Notes under the pieces: generated by a model
Database searches by the model: none
Told to the model about the DNA's origin: nothing
Seen by the model: only the letters and a program-made list of their open reading frames with translations
Shown here: positions 14,956-29,720 of the stretch, piece after piece
Position numbering within the stretch: position 1 is the first letter of the stretch
How the letters are laid out: the number at the start of each line of letters is the position of its first letter
Source: the human T2T-CHM13v2.0 reference genome, Homo sapiens
Strand: one strand, 5' to 3'
NCBI RefSeq assembly: GCF_009914755.1
Contig: NC_060933.1
DNA length: 64,000 bases
Translations under genes and position numbers: made by a program

Positions 14956-16669
14956 CCTTCCTCTCTTTTTGCACACTAACACTTCTCTGAAGCTGTCCAG
15001 GAGAACAGGATTATCTGGTGATAGAACATTATTAAGTTCCACATCCCAAAGCCTATTTATCCTTTTTGTTGCTTATGTTCCTTAGAGGAGATAATCAATA
15101 AATATTTACAAACCATCTATATTACAGGCAGCGGAGCCCTGGGCTCCATCTGCCACACCAGTTCCAAGCTTCAGACATTCTGGTGTGAAAAGGGCCTGCT
15201 AAGACACTTTCAAGGCCCCATGAAATATATGCCCCATAAAAGGAAGAGAATTAATCTCCATAACCATGAATATGAAAAAAATCTAGAAAAGATGTGCTCC
15301 AAGAATAATGTTCTTCAGCCCTCAGCCACAACTCAGATCTCAAGGGAGGTTAAGACTAGAATTCTGGGAGAGCCAAGAAAAGGAGAAAAAGAAACAGACC
15401 ATTGAAAGCAGCATCTCCATCAAACCAGACATTGTCCTTGGAACGCTACATTTAATACTTCATGAGTTTCTCACATTTTCCTTTTGTAGATAAGGACCTA
15501 GAGGCTCCAAGAGTATAAGTACATTGCCCCAAAGTCCCAGGGTAGCAAAGCCCAGAGTCTGGTTGTCTCTAAAATTCATGTTCTTTCCACTACACCAGAT
15601 CATAAAGGATTAACAACCCCACAGTTACTGCTTGTTTCAATTTGCAATGCAGCAATTTAGTAATTTTAAATTAATCCTTGAAAAATCATCAAGAGATTAA
15701 TATGCAAATTTCAACACTGCTAGAGCTCAACAGTGATTCTGTGTCAAAAACCACATAAATTGGTCCTACAAAAGTTCAGATTCTCCTTAGAGGAAAGGCT
15801 TTCCTGCTTCATTTTGTAATTTGCTATATATTTAAAAAAACATTTCTTTTCTTTTTTTCCTCATGAATAGAACACATCAATTCCAGGGAGGCAGTGGGGT
15901 ACAACAGGAACAAAAGCTTACAAACCTGGGTCGCTACACTGTGCTTACGAGCAGACCTTGCCACCTCAGCTCTGTGAGCTCTGGGCTCCCTGTCTAAAAC
16001 GGGGCTCAGGTCTACCCCTTTCGGAGTAGCTCTAAGGATTAAAGTGGAAGCATGTACGGTAGGAGTCTGGCAGATTGGTATCACCATTCTGCTTAGAAAC
16101 AAACAACGCTAGCCTTTTACTGGTTTGCAAAGGAGGATTTAGGGACAATGGGTCATGCACAGGGAATTGGTTCATTAGTAGCAAAACCAGCAGAAGGAAT
16201 GTAAATTTTTAAAATAGTGGGGGCAGGAGAGGTAGCATACAGTGCAGACAGGCTTTGGAGGTAAGGCTATGAGAAGACTTAAAAAAAAAAACTTCCTAAT
16301 CTCAATTGTGGTTTTGAAAAATTAGAAATGATCAGAATTTCCAAGTACCTTAAAATGAAGTTCTTAAGAAATTATTTATTCTTAAAAGAAAAAAAAAATT
16401 TTTTAATGAACCTAACCTAGGCAATCATTTTTATCATAACATTATTTATAGAAAATGTAAATGTCTATTAGTAGGAAAAGCACAGTTAAAACAGTTAAAT
16501 ACAGTGAATTAAACATACATTTATCTTTTCTCTCTCCTGATACCAGCCTCCCAGAAAAAGTCAAAGTAAAAGAATTTTAAAAGGCACAAACGCCAAAAAA
16601 CAGGAGAAGAATTAGTAATGGAACAAAGAGATCAAATTTTTGAAAGCCAAAAAGCAGATGTGACTAACG

Positions 16670-16886
16670 AAGTGGTTTTCAAGCTGGGGCCATTAGTCCC
16701 CCAGGGGATATTTGGCAATGCCTGGGGACATTTTTGGTTGTCACAGCTGGAGGGGAATGTGCTACCATCATATAGTGAGTAGAGCCCAGAGATGCTTGCT
16801 AAATATCCTACGATGTATAAAACAGCCCCATTCAACAAAGAATGATCTGGCCCAAGCTGACAAGCATGCGACTGAGGTTGAGAAGG
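16670..16886 (+). mobile_element. MER20 (hAT-Charlie)
   Basis: agtggttttcaa...ccccaggggatatttggcaatgcctggggacatttttggttgtcac...gaggttgagaa. Confidence 0.9.
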
Positions 16887-18097
16887 AAAGCTTAAAGCTA
16901 CGGATAAGGTGGGCAGGCACAGCACCGAGCATTCAGCCCAACTCATAGCACAAAAAGAATTCCAAAAAGGAACTGGAGACACCCAGAATCTCTGAAGGCT
17001 AGGAGACGGGGTGCAAATAAAAATAGGAGTAATTCAATCCCAAGGATCTCCTCTCCCAGCTCAATGAGCTAGTTAACAGACTTTCCCACACCTCTCCAGA
17101 GGAATATGTGTTTACTTTCTAGAAGAACTGAACCAGAAAGGCCTGGTGACACCAGGTACAGTTGAGGACGGGCAATAAAGCCTTTGACAGGCAATAAAGG
17201 CTTACACTGAAAATGAGTACTAAACGAAGGTATACATATTAGATGCTGACATGTCATAACCTACCATTCCTACTCAGCTTCCAGAACACTGATAATAAAG
17301 CATACACTACCTAGGCAAAGAAAACAGACCAACTCCAAAGAAAAAGATTCTGATACTGATATTTGAGAGGCCACTGCCCCCAAAATAGCCACACTAGTTC
17401 CAAGCTCCAGAAATGACTGACAGAGCATTCAGCCAGCTTTTTAGTGCCTCACTCTTAAATGTGACGGGGCAGCCATTTGAGGAAAGGCTCTACAGTGAAA
17501 GTTAAGGAATAAAACAAACAGAAGATAGGAATGTTGAGCAGGAAAATAATACGAGGAGAAGAACACTTTTTAAAATCTATAAATAACAGTCTCACAGATG
17601 AGTGAAAATATTAATATAATGGCAGAAGTAAATTTCCAAAGATGGAAAGATTTGCTGAAGAAAGTAGAGAGAAAACGAAAAGAGAGAGATGGAAAATAGG
17701 AGAGAAAAAACAAGAAAATTAGAGGATCAGCACAGGATATTTTAACATTCTATCATAGAGGCCCCAGAGAAAGAAAGAAAAATGAAGAATATTTTTTCAA
17801 AGAAATAATGTAAGAAAAGTTCTCAGCTCTAAAGGACATGAGTTTCCATATTAAATGGAACCACCAAGTGCCCAGCACAATAGATGAAAACAGGCCCGTA
17901 GCAAGGCGCATCACTGCAATTTCAGGATACCAGGAGGGACCACCAAAGGATGGTTACAATAAGTAAATCACAGGAATCGGAATGGCTGAGACTTCTTAGT
18001 TGCAACAGCAAAGCTAGAAGTCAGTGGAGAAACATCTTCAAAGTTGGGAAGATAGAGTAATTTCCAACCTAGAGTTCTATACCCAGTCAAACTATCA

Positions 18098-18534
<437 letters not shown>

Positions 18535-19102
18535 TTACGTGACAAAAAGTTGTATAAGAAAGGAAAGGTAATCTACTAACTACTTCAGTATGCTCATTAA
18601 AATGTAAACATTAACTTCTGATTTAATGTAAAAATTTTCTAAAGGTATAGAAAGAATGGGAGAGGGGAAATATGTGACTGAGAGAACGTTATTCTGTGTG
18701 TTTCGGGGTGGGGAGTGTTATAGGTGGTAAAAGACCAAAACTCTCATCTTCTATAGGAAAATCAATAAGTGATATCTGTAACAGAAAAAAAATAAGATTT
18801 AGCAATATGAATAAGTTACTCAAAAATACAGAGGGAAACACAGCTGCTAAAAACTTGAAAGTAGCTGGGCAACTTGAAAATTGCTGGTTTTCATCAACAA
18901 CTATGTAGTACTACATGTTTTTAAGCCATTAATATGCATTACTTTCATAAGAGTAAAAATACCACTAAATAAGTATGTCATTAAAAAGGAAGAAGTAGGT
19001 AGATATGAACACTTTTTAGAATACATTAAACTAAAAAATGAGTTGCTAAACAAGTATGAATAGAATCATATTTATGTTTAAAAACCATCTACAACACACA
19101 CA

Positions 19103-19391
19103 GGCCACATCCCTAAGGTACTTGTTTAGTGTCCTCATTGTCATTAATTTCTAAATAATAACTAATTTCAATTTGTATCATCTTTGATCCAACTGCTATT
19201 TCAAATAGATGAATATTTTTAAACCTTTAATTAATTTATTATTATAGTTTTCGTTCACCGCCATAAAAGAGTGACCTGTGAGAGTTTAGTATGCTCTATT
19301 TTGAAATTTTTGGTGTGATTTAGTACATGATCAATTCTTATAAATGTCCCATGGCATTTTAAAATAATCCTTCAGTAGCCTCCTTCATAGC
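19103..19391 (+). repeat. Copy 1 of a ~290-bp direct duplication (partner 20432-20722)
   Basis: By eye the copies differ by 4 substitutions and one 2-bp indel. Confidence 0.97.
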
Positions 19392-19434
19392 TACACATAA
19401 CACTAAATTCCTAGAGAAAGGTTTCATCAAACAC

Positions 19435-19487
19435 TGGAGGGAGAGTGGGATTGGGGTTGGAGGGAGAGTGGGATTGGGGTTGGAGGG
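19435..19487 (+). repeat. Perfect 23-bp tandem repeat x2.3, G-rich
   Basis: (tggagggagagtgggattggggt)2 followed by tggaggg. Confidence 0.95.
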
Positions 19488-20431
19488 GGTGGTGGTAATG
19501 GGGGCCTTTCATTTTTTTCTCTATGTATCAGTATTAATCTTTTACAACAAAATATTTGTAAAGAATTTTTAATGACACAGGTAAATGTTCAGCGTACATT
19601 GTTACAAGAAAAACAGATATAAAGTGTGTACATTTTGTGTGCTTTTAAAAATGTAAGTTTTGAAACTTAACAACAAAAAAAAAAAACCAAAAGAATACTT
19701 CTGTCTCAAACAAAGTATTACTCAACCCCCAGTGTAAGCAGTGGAAACTAACCTGCTCTGAATAAAATAGGAGCAGGGATCTAGTGCTCTGATCAGTTAG
19801 CCATCTACCTCTGTGAGGCCTTCCAGGGCTGCCAAAGCAACACTGGGGTTCCCGGTTGCACACTTTGAAAACTACATGTCATAAAAAGGAAGGATGAAAA
19901 AACTCAGAAACAGATCTCTGAGATGGGAGATTATGCCTGATTTTTCTTTTGCTGTTGTGTGATACACATACATACATACCTTTCCTATGATTTGGTACTG
20001 TTTAAGTAATAATTATCTGTTCCTGAAACACCTTAACCACCTAAACCTGATAGATTTTTTTGAAGGATGGAGATTGAAATAGAGCTTTATTAATCTTTTC
20101 AAGTTATAATTCTATATTCATATTGCCTATTTCTCAGGCCAACTATCATTTGTCTTTTTCTAGAAAATTTTCTCTTTTCACAATCTTTAAATTTATTGAA
20201 TAAGTTTAAAATTTTATTCTTTTCACAAATTCAGTTTTTAAAAACTACTATTTTTCAATTTTACTTTAACAATATTCCCTAATAAATTAAATTATAATTT
20301 CTTTTTCTAGTTTTGGTTATTTATTACTATTCTTTTTTTTTAGCTTCTTGAAAGTCAAGTTCATTGTTTTCTAAATTTTTTATTTATATAAAAGCATTCA
20401 AAGCTATGAATTTTCCCCAGAGTGTGGTTTT

Positions 20432-20722
20432 GGCCACATCCCTAAGGCACTTGTTTAGTGTCCTCATTGTCATTAATTTCTAAATAATAACTAATTTCAA
20501 TTTGTATCATCTTTGATCCAACTGCTATTTCAAATAGATGAATATTTTTAAACCTTTAATTAATTTATTATTATAGTTTTCGTTCACCACCATAAAAGAC
20601 AGTGACCTGTAAGAGTTTAGTATGCTCTATTTTGAAATTTTTGGTGTGATTTAGTACATGATCAGTTCTTATAAATGTCCCATGGCATTTTAAAATAATC
20701 CTTCAGTAGCCTCCTTCATAGC
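20432..20722 (+). repeat. Copy 2 (likely donor) of the ~290-bp direct duplication
   Basis: Continuous with upstream antisense L1 sequence (aaagctatgaattttcccc...ggccacatccc). Confidence 0.97.
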
Positions 20723-20964
20723 CAGAGTATGCCTCTGCTTCTGCTCTTCCTGCATTACTTTCCCACTTCTTTTTGGATTTCTCCACTGTCTATACTGAAT
20801 TGACTGCAACTATCAGTAATCATCTCCTTTATATTATGTAAATTCCCAAACTTTCTGGCTCATGGTAGCTTCCTCTGTCATTAGGGAAATATTTTTCTCC
20901 TTTCGTTCATCATTTCAATGGAATTTTCTGAGAGATGAAAGGTAAAAAATCACAGGCTCAAAGT

Positions 20965-21210
20965 ATAGCATGTTATGTAAGAGCTCAGTCTCAAGAATCC
21001 AGAAAGACCAATATTTGAATTCTGATTTTACCATTTATTTCCTGTAGGATATTGAATATGTGACTTAAATTTTCAGGGCTTCTGTTTCCTTATATTAAAT
21101 AATTATGGTAGTTACCATGTAAGCTTGTTGAGAGAGCTAAATGAGAAAATGGAGAAAAGCACCAAATATATAATATTTCGAGTAGTAGTACTCAATCAAC
21201 ATTAGCTATT
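20965..21210 (+). mobile_element. MIR, near full length
   Basis: tatagcatg...taagagctcagtctc...tttgaattctg...tactcaatcaacattagctatt. Confidence 0.75.
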
Positions 21211-21514
21211 GTTGTTGAAATGGGAACTCTGGTCTGAATTTTTTATTAGTTAATGTCAAAAAAAAGGATGCAACATTTTCTACCACAGTCTGATCATACA
21301 GATAATATACTACATGGATATGCTTGATAATCCCAACTTATCAAGACTGTTATCTAATCACAATACTACAGCCTAACTTCATTCATTACATTTGATCACC
21401 TGACATTTGTAACCTGTTCTATAGACGACACTTGGAAAAATTTCCTTTCTGTGAATCTACAATAGTTATGAAAAGGTATACCACATATTCCAGTACTTTT
21501 CTTATCAAGTATTC

Positions 21515-22052
21515 AAGTATATCCCCAAAAGAATTGAAAGCAGAGACTCAAACAGGCATTTGTACGCCAATGTTCAAAGCAGTAATATTGATAATAGCCA
21601 AAGGGTAAAAACAATATCTATTGATCTCAGCATCTATCACTGGATGAACAGATACGCAAAATGTGGTCTACACCTACAATGGAATATCATTCAGCCTCAA
21701 AAAGGCAGGCAATTGTGACACATGCTTCAATGCAGATGAACTTTGAAGGTATTATGCTAAGTGAAATAACTCAGAACAAAAGGACAAATATTGTATGATT
21801 TCACTTATGTGAAGTACTATATGGAGAGCAGTCAAATTCACAGAGACAGAAAGCAGATTGATGGTTGCCAGGGGTTGGGGAGACAGGGTAATGGGGAATT
21901 GCTTAATGAGTACAGAGTTTCAGTTTTGTAAGATACAAAAAGTTCTGGACATTGACTGTACAAAATATGAATGCATTCAAAACCACTGAGCTGTACACTT
22001 AAAAATGATTAACATGGTAAATTTTATGTTATGTATTTGTTACCACAATTTT
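21515..22052 (+). mobile_element. L1MB-like 3' end
   Basis: ccaaaagaattgaaagcagagactcaaacag...atggtaaattttatgttatgtatttgttaccacaatt. Confidence 0.9.
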
Positions 22053-22850
22053 AAAAAAGTAATCAAGTGTCTAAGTGGTAGACATTCTTTATCTGATTCT
22101 ACATAGTACTATTTATAATCATAGTAAAACATTTTGAAAACATGTCATGCAGCTAGACTAGATATGTCATTCAGCTTGTTCAGAAGGCAAACATCAACCT
22201 TCTGCTCTCTCACACTCTAGTTCACTGCTCCTACATCCTTTGGAGGTAGGGATGGAGGCCCTCATGCTTCACCCACAAATACTTTATTTTATTCTCTGAA
22301 AGGTAAATATACAAAGGTAAAAAGTAGAAGTGTAATTCTGCTTGAGTAGATCTACCCTAATAAACCTCTATTTGGAAAATTCTTTATATGGAAACATTTC
22401 ACTTATAAAAGCAGAAATGAGAAACAATCTAAATGTTCTACAGTGAGAGAATGGCTAAACTACAGAGTAAATGGAATATTAGATAGTTGACAAAAATAAG
22501 TCATATGAATGAAAATGGAAAAGATGTTTTTATAATAGGTGATTTAACTATGTAAAAATACATTCTAAAAAGAGGGAATCAAATATCATATTAATACATA
22601 ATTACCTTTGAGAAAAAGGAATAAAAATCCTTCCTTGTCTTTATACTTTCTATACTTTGCAAATATTCTCTATTTGTTTTTGTTTTTATAATACACTTCA
22701 GTTCTTATACTTTTGTTTTTATAATGTGTTTTTTAAAAACCATAATTTTTATAATGATACTTTTAAATCACATCCTTTATTTATTCAAACAAATAGGCAG
22801 AAAACAGAGAAGAATAAAAATTTAATTTTTTCTTCTTCCCAAGTACTTAC

Positions 22851-22904
22851 ATTCTCAGGTATGCTGGGAAGTTCTCTGGTATCAGGCACAGTAAAATAAG
22901 AATG
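22851..22904 (-). CDS. DENND1A: DENND1A coding exon (probably exon 8), 54 nt, phase 0-0: HSYFTVPDTRELPSIPEN
   Basis: cttttcttttctAG|CATTCTTAT...GAGAAT|GTaagtac; 18 codons. Confidence 0.97.
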
Positions 22905-23157
22905 CTAGAAAAGAAAAGCAAAAGTGATTTATTTCTGCTAAAATGTGTAACAATTGCATTACTCAGAATTCAGGTAAATGATTGGAAAATATTTCCTTAC
23001 TCAGAAAAGGAAACGGTTTCACTCAGAAGAAACACCCATGGAATATTTTCTTTGGATAATGTCAGATTGAACCAGATGCATTAAATCATCACTTTGGTAG
23101 ATGGAGTTCTTTTCTATGAGAGGAGAACTTCTTTAGGAGATATAAATGAAGAGTTCA

Positions 23158-23479
<322 letters not shown>

Positions 23480-24224
23480 CTAAACACATGAAAAAGGCGT
23501 TGGTTTCATAATTTATTGTTCAGTGAGGCAAGTGTATTCTAGGAACAAAATATCACCAGATTCACTCAGTGATTATTTTTACCAACCAAACCTGTCATCT
23601 CATTTCAGCATCTGAGATTATATTCATCTATAAAATGTGGCCAAAATCTGCCCCAAAGGCCTAAGTGATGTTAGGAAGAGTTCCAGTTGCTGGAGCACTG
23701 GAGCTGAGACCATTGCCGATGACTAAGAGTGGAGAAATTCTGCCCCCGAAGCCCACTCCACCATAAGCCTCCTGACTGGAGACTCAGCGGAGTTGAAAAA
23801 TTGACCTCTTCAAAGAACGTCCAATGAGGCATCTCCATATGCAACAAGCATGCATCCCTGAATTAAATGACAACAGGCTGAACTGATGGCACCTCCTTTG
23901 CTGCTATTAAAGACTCAGAAGACAATGGCAAGCAGGAACGGAAAGAGCTTGGTGCCGGCCAATTAAAGATGGGATTGTGCAAAGGCCAGGAAAGGTCACA
24001 TGCAGAGAAGGTCAGCGTAGCCATGGCCTAAGTTCAAATCTGGACCCCCAAGTGACATTTCAGGAAGTTATCCACCCCAACCCCCACTCTTGGGTGATTG
24101 CAAAATAGGTAGGTGTGTAGAAGAATGAGTTGTATAGGCTTTCTGAAATGAAAGGCCCTGGGGACAATCGTAATGATGATGGTGACAACAATAATAGTAT
24201 AAGGTACTTGTCTAATAATCAACA

Positions 24225-24460
24225 GATATTTGTTGAATACCTGCTACATGAAAGGCATTATGTCTAGTACTCTGTAAATGTTATCTCTAATTCCCACAAC
24301 AAATTTTGAGATAGATATTATCTCCATATTACAAATGGGTAAATTAATGCTCACAGAGGTCAAGTAGTCAGTCAAAGGTCACACAGCTAGTACGTGGCAG
24401 AATATGGACCAAAACTAAATCTGTGTAACTAGAGCTGTGCTCTTTCCACCATGACAGACT
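24225..24460 (-). mobile_element. MIR
   Basis: tattatctccatattacaaatgggtaaattaatgctcacagaggtcaagtag...aaggtcacacagctag. Confidence 0.8.
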
Positions 24461-27115
24461 GTTATACCTGTGCTTTTTATGGCAAATGACAGCTAAAGGG
24501 GCTTGAACAAATAAAAAAGTAAAAAATAAAAAGTATAAAAAAGATAACTTAAAAAAGCCTTCTTCGATGCATTATTCCAAAATCTGTGTGTATATCAAAA
24601 TACTACCTATGAAGTATTACAGTAGAGACGGTGTAGCGTGGGAACTAGTGATTAATTCAACAGTGAGGATTAAAACAGGAAAAGTAATATGCAAGGTTCC
24701 AGTATGACTCCATGAGATACCAACTTCTATACCAAAGGGCTAGAAGTTTAGTTGAGTAACAAATGGCCATGTGGTGATTATGTAGCTCAGCAAATTCACT
24801 TAATAGCACAGAACCTGTTTTTGAATCTATAAATGGGAATCATATTATCTACTTCAAAACTGTTATGAAGAATAAATGTTATATATATGAAATGCTTACC
24901 ATTCAATAAATGGTATTTTAATACAAAATTATTATTGCTGTGAACTGCTAGTTCATATTACTATTTTTACCATCACTCATATCAGACACACAGAAATATA
25001 CTCTTGCAGAGAGTGACTAGAGACAAAAAGTCCAGGATTACCATTTTATCAACATTTCAGGATGTATAACCTAGATGAGAGTAGCCCTTCACAATCAGAA
25101 ATGCAATATGGAGAGAGGAATTCCCAGTGAAAAGGAAAGAAAAAAAAATCTGCCTTTACAGATGCAATTGATAGTAAATAGTGAGCCAACACAATTCCAA
25201 AACCAAGTAGTCCCCAGGCTGTCCTTTGAGATTCTGTCTTGCTCCATTGCCCATGAAATGCTGGGGACCAGGGGAGGTCAGAAACATTCCTAGAAACCAC
25301 TGGCATGAAACAGCTGCGCCACCCCAGCAGTTCCTGCTGCCCCTGAGATGGCTTGTCCTTGAGGCCTGGCATGCATGCTGCCTGAGCAGCCATTTGAAGG
25401 AAGGAGTGGACCTTCCTCCCTAGCAGCTGGTGACCCAGCCAGGCTACTCCACAGCTACCTGTCGGATGTCATTACGGACTGAAGTGGTGAGATCAAGCTG
25501 CTTAGGAAAAAGGACAGAGACAAAGGCAGGGTTGCTTAGCTATACAGCAAGGACTGGGGCAGGTTTAAAGCTCATTTTTTCATCTTTTCCAGATGGTCTC
25601 CCCTGCCGTATGAGAATTTTTGTAACAAGGTTTCTTTCTTTCTTTCCTATGCTCTATTAAAATGGGCAAAAGTCTCTGTAAATTCATTTTTTCTTCCTTC
25701 CTTCCTTCTCTCCCTCTCCTTCCACACGAATGGCACAGTGGAAAGACCATAGGCTTGAAGTTAGCCCTGGCTTTGAAAACTCAAGTCTTATCTCTTATTA
25801 ACTACACGACCTTGGAAGGGCAGGTATCTTTTCCTCTTGAAACCTCATCCATGAAATGGGAATGTTAATATCTATTTTGTAAACTTGTTTTGAATATTAG
25901 AGATACATATTTAGTATAAATTAGGAATTTATTAAAATAGTAGATCTATTATTAATTACTGGTAGTAACACTGCTTTCAATTTTATCATCATTTTGAAAA
26001 AACCTACAAGGAATATCAATTTTCTTTAGGAGGGGAGATACCTTTCTACCACTGAATACCAACACTGTACCTGGTTCTAATGAAGATGAAAGACAAAACT
26101 CTTAAAATTTTCAGGCCCCATGACATAAGGGAAATAGCTCCTGGATAATAATCAATACTTGGTCAAAGTATGTCCATCTGAGAATTCTGATGAAGGTGGT
26201 GACAAGGGCTTGAGGGTTTGACCTAGGGAATTAGAGAATTCCTGGAACCAAAATATGGAAAAGATCTCCCACACCTCTTCTGATGCCTTATCTGACAGAT
26301 GAGGAAATTGAAGCCCACGAGGTTAAAGGTCCTGATTAAGATCACTCAGGTCATTGGCAAGACAATGACTAGGATGGAAATCTCCCAATTGGTATTTCAG
26401 AGCACAGTGCAGAACATGTAATAGCAGTATATATTTATAGGCATTCAAAGAAACTATTACTATAGGCCAGGAACAACATTAAGCACTCTCCTGCTCTGTC
26501 CTCAAGGGACACACAGTCCAGTGAGGGGGACAGGAAAAGGAATCATTCCAATAGGGTGTAACTAAGTACCACAAAGTGTGCAAGATGCTTCGAGCAAAGG
26601 AGGTAATCTTAGCAAAACCTACGAGGTATCAAGGGAGGATTTCTCTGGAAATAAAATCAGAGTTGAGTTCTGAAGGATGAATATGTGTTACCCTGGCAAA
26701 CAGGGGAGAGGCAATGTTGAAAGCTGAGGGTACAGGATGGGCTTCAGCAAAGGGACATGTACAGCAGTGCTGGGGGACGAGGGTGATACAGGCAGGCTGG
26801 GACAGGGACTGAAGAAGCAGGCGGAGCCAGCTGTCCTATTTCAGCCCAGCATCTGTGATCCAAGAGATGCTGGTGATGGGATGATGGCCACAGAGGAGGG
26901 TGGGGACATTCAGGACATGTCTGTTTCTTATAGAATCTCAGAGAAAGGAAGAAATTCTACTCTCTGGCCTATCTTGAACTCAGAGGTCTCAGAGTATTTG
27001 GGGGTAGGGTTAGGGGAGGTATGGCTGACAAAATACAATCCTGTTCAGCTAGCTCCCTCTTACTGTCAATAATGAAATGCGTTTTCAGTGATGGCTAATA
27101 CTCCGCCCCACTTAC

Positions 27116-27196
27116 CACGCTGAGATGGACAGACACTCCTGGGTCAGGGATGGGAAGTTTGTGCAGAGTTTCAAGAAGCTCATTCCACTGATTTTC
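27116..27196 (-). CDS. DENND1A: DENND1A coding exon (probably exon 7), 81 nt, phase 0-0: ENQWNELLETLHKLPIPDPGVSVHLSV
   Basis: tttatttctttcAG|GAAAATCAG...AGCGTG|GTaagtgg; 27 codons with no stop. Confidence 0.97.
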
Positions 27197-28159
27197 CTGA
27201 AAGAAATAAAAGGCCTAAGTAACAAAAGCAAGGCTGAGCCCTTAGTAAGATACCTGCAGGGAGGTCTGGGCACACATGACTGAGGGGGCTGGGGAGATGC
27301 TGGCCCCAGTACAGAAATAGGTTTGATATTCATGTAGGGTTTGACAAAAGACACCACGTATGCCTCAAACATAAAGAGCCAAATAGATCCTCCTACACCA
27401 AGTTTGACATTTTCTACTCAGTGAGACACCTACCATGACCGCCTTTTATGGATCATATACCATAAGCTCTCAGCAAATCTATCCCCTAAACTCCATAGCA
27501 ACAACTTTTAAATGCAAACAATCCTAGCTTACAGGGCGGGGGTGGTTAGGAGAAATAACGATGACACTATAGATCTTGTCTTCATCATCATTACCCTCAA
27601 TTAATTTTATTGAGTGTTCACCGGATACACATGGCAGCCTCCAATTATAGAAAGTTAGAAATGAACTAAGTACAACAGCATGCAATATAGGATGGTGGCT
27701 ATGCATTCTAATTTGTGAAATTGAGCAACATGATGACATACAAAGCAATGCAAATTATTTGATTGAAAATGGATTCACCTCTAAAATGCTCAAAAGAACA
27801 CTGCTCACAGAATTATCCAAATGCTATTTCTCCCACCATGTGGAATTCTTTGTGCTAATACTGATAAGTGTATATTTGTATCTATTCACCCTCTATTTGA
27901 TCCTCCCAACTACCCACTTCAACAATGTGAAAACTGAGGCTCCAAAAGGTGAAGCAACTTGTCTCAAATCAGCCCTTTAGTAAGTTGCACAGCTAAAGGG
28001 TGAAATGCAAGCTCCAGAGCCCTCCTGGCTTCACTACAGCTGTCTTTAAGTAGTGAATTTAACGAAAGGAAAAAGAAGATGCACCCAGACTACAAGCTTG
28101 TTTCAATCTGAGCTCTGACAAATCAAACAAGCTTCTCAGAGAGGAGAGAGATGAACTTG

Positions 28160-29720
28160 TGGGTGTGTGTGCATGTGTTTGGTTTTGCTCTGAAACAATC
28201 TCAAACTTACTGAACAGTTGTAGAAATTGTTGAAAAAAAAAAGTTTTTATTATTTCCTGACCTATTTGAGAATGAGCTGCCAAGATTACGCCCCATCATC
28301 CACAGATACAAACAAGGACATTCTCCTAAATCACCACAATTAATTATTGCTGTGGTTTAAATGGTTCCCCCAAAAGTTCATGTGTTGACAATTTAAATAT
28401 CATTGTAACAGTATTAAGAGGCAGGACCTTTAAGAGTGAGTACATCATGAATTAATGCCATTATTGTGAGAGTGGGCTTCTGATAAAGGATAAATTTGGC
28501 CCCTAACTTGTGTCTCTTGTCTTGAGTACCGCATGGTATGACCCAGCAAGAAGGTCCTCACCAGATGCCAGCACCAGGCTCTTGGACTTCCCAGCCTCCA
28601 GAACTGTGAGCCAAATACATCTTTTTTCTTTATAAATTACCCAGTCTGTGGTATTCTGTTATAGCAGCAGAAAACAAACTAAGAGAATCATAATAATCTG
28701 GAAATTAACACTGATGCAGAATTACCACCTTATCCTCAAGTTTTGCCAACTGTGCCAATAATATCCTTGGCAGCAAACAATCCACTTCAGAATCACATGT
28801 TGCAGTTAGTAGTTATAACCCTCTACTCATCCTCAGTCTGGAACAGCTCCTCAGTCTTTTCTAGATTTGTATGGCCTTGACGATGAGACCACCCATTTTG
28901 TAGAATAACTTTCAATTGTCTAATGTTTTGTCTAATGTCTGATGTCAATGTCCCTTCACTCATGATGTTTGCTTTCATCAATTGATTAATTCACTTGATA
29001 TCTCTACAGTAACATTATTCTTTCTCTTTGCAGTAAATAACCATTTTGTGGATTCACACTTTGTGTAAATATCCCATTCCTCAAACTTTCAATGTATTCA
29101 TTTACTTATTTATTTTACCATGGGTCCATAGTTTCCTGTTTTATTCAGTGTGACATAATCCTTTACTATCCTAATTTGTTTTGATGCTCAAATTGTTCCA
29201 GATATGACTAGAGGGAGCACTCTTACTGCTTTTGTGTCCTTCTGACATGTTCCCATCATGATCATGTTTTTAGCAATTCCTTACTTTTTGGCAGAAAAGA
29301 TATTTCAGGTTCATCTTATACTTTCCCTGCCTCAGCCCCAGAATCAGGTTATTTCTTCAATGAGACTGGGTTCCTTTTAGTGGGCAATGGTATTTAGAAA
29401 CCAAGATCTGGGCACCATGTGTGCTCACTGCTCCTTAGTATTGCTCATGCCAGGCCCTTTCAGTCAATTGAGCCAGGGAATATATAACACACACATGGAA
29501 TCACAATAGGCACTTCACATCTCTATTTATTTCTATATTCATCTTCCCATATTGAAAACCATGGGTTCACACCAATGGCTCCTATTCCAATCCAATATAG
29601 AAATTATTCTAGTTTTCTCCCTCTACATATCTGTGACTTCATCCTACGAAAGTGAAAAACCTTGCCTGTATTTTCTTTTTATATTTGGTTATTTGTATGG
29701 AACCACTCTTCTATTGCCAT
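28160..29720 (-). mobile_element. L1MC-like 3' region, interrupted by an MST LTR
   Basis: ggttccttttagtgggcaatggtatttagaaaccaagatctgggcac is typical of L1MC4/5 antisense. Confidence 0.75.
28348..28686 (+). mobile_element. MaLR solo LTR (MST family)
   Basis: tgctgtggtttaaatg...aaattacccagtctgtggtattctgttatagcagcagaaaacaaactaag; near-TSD attat/atcat. Confidence 0.85.

Noticed and set aside
27112-27372. 86-aa minus-strand ORF overlapping the 81-nt exon
   Set aside because: Wrong frame relative to the DENND1A exon; incidental read-through of intron.
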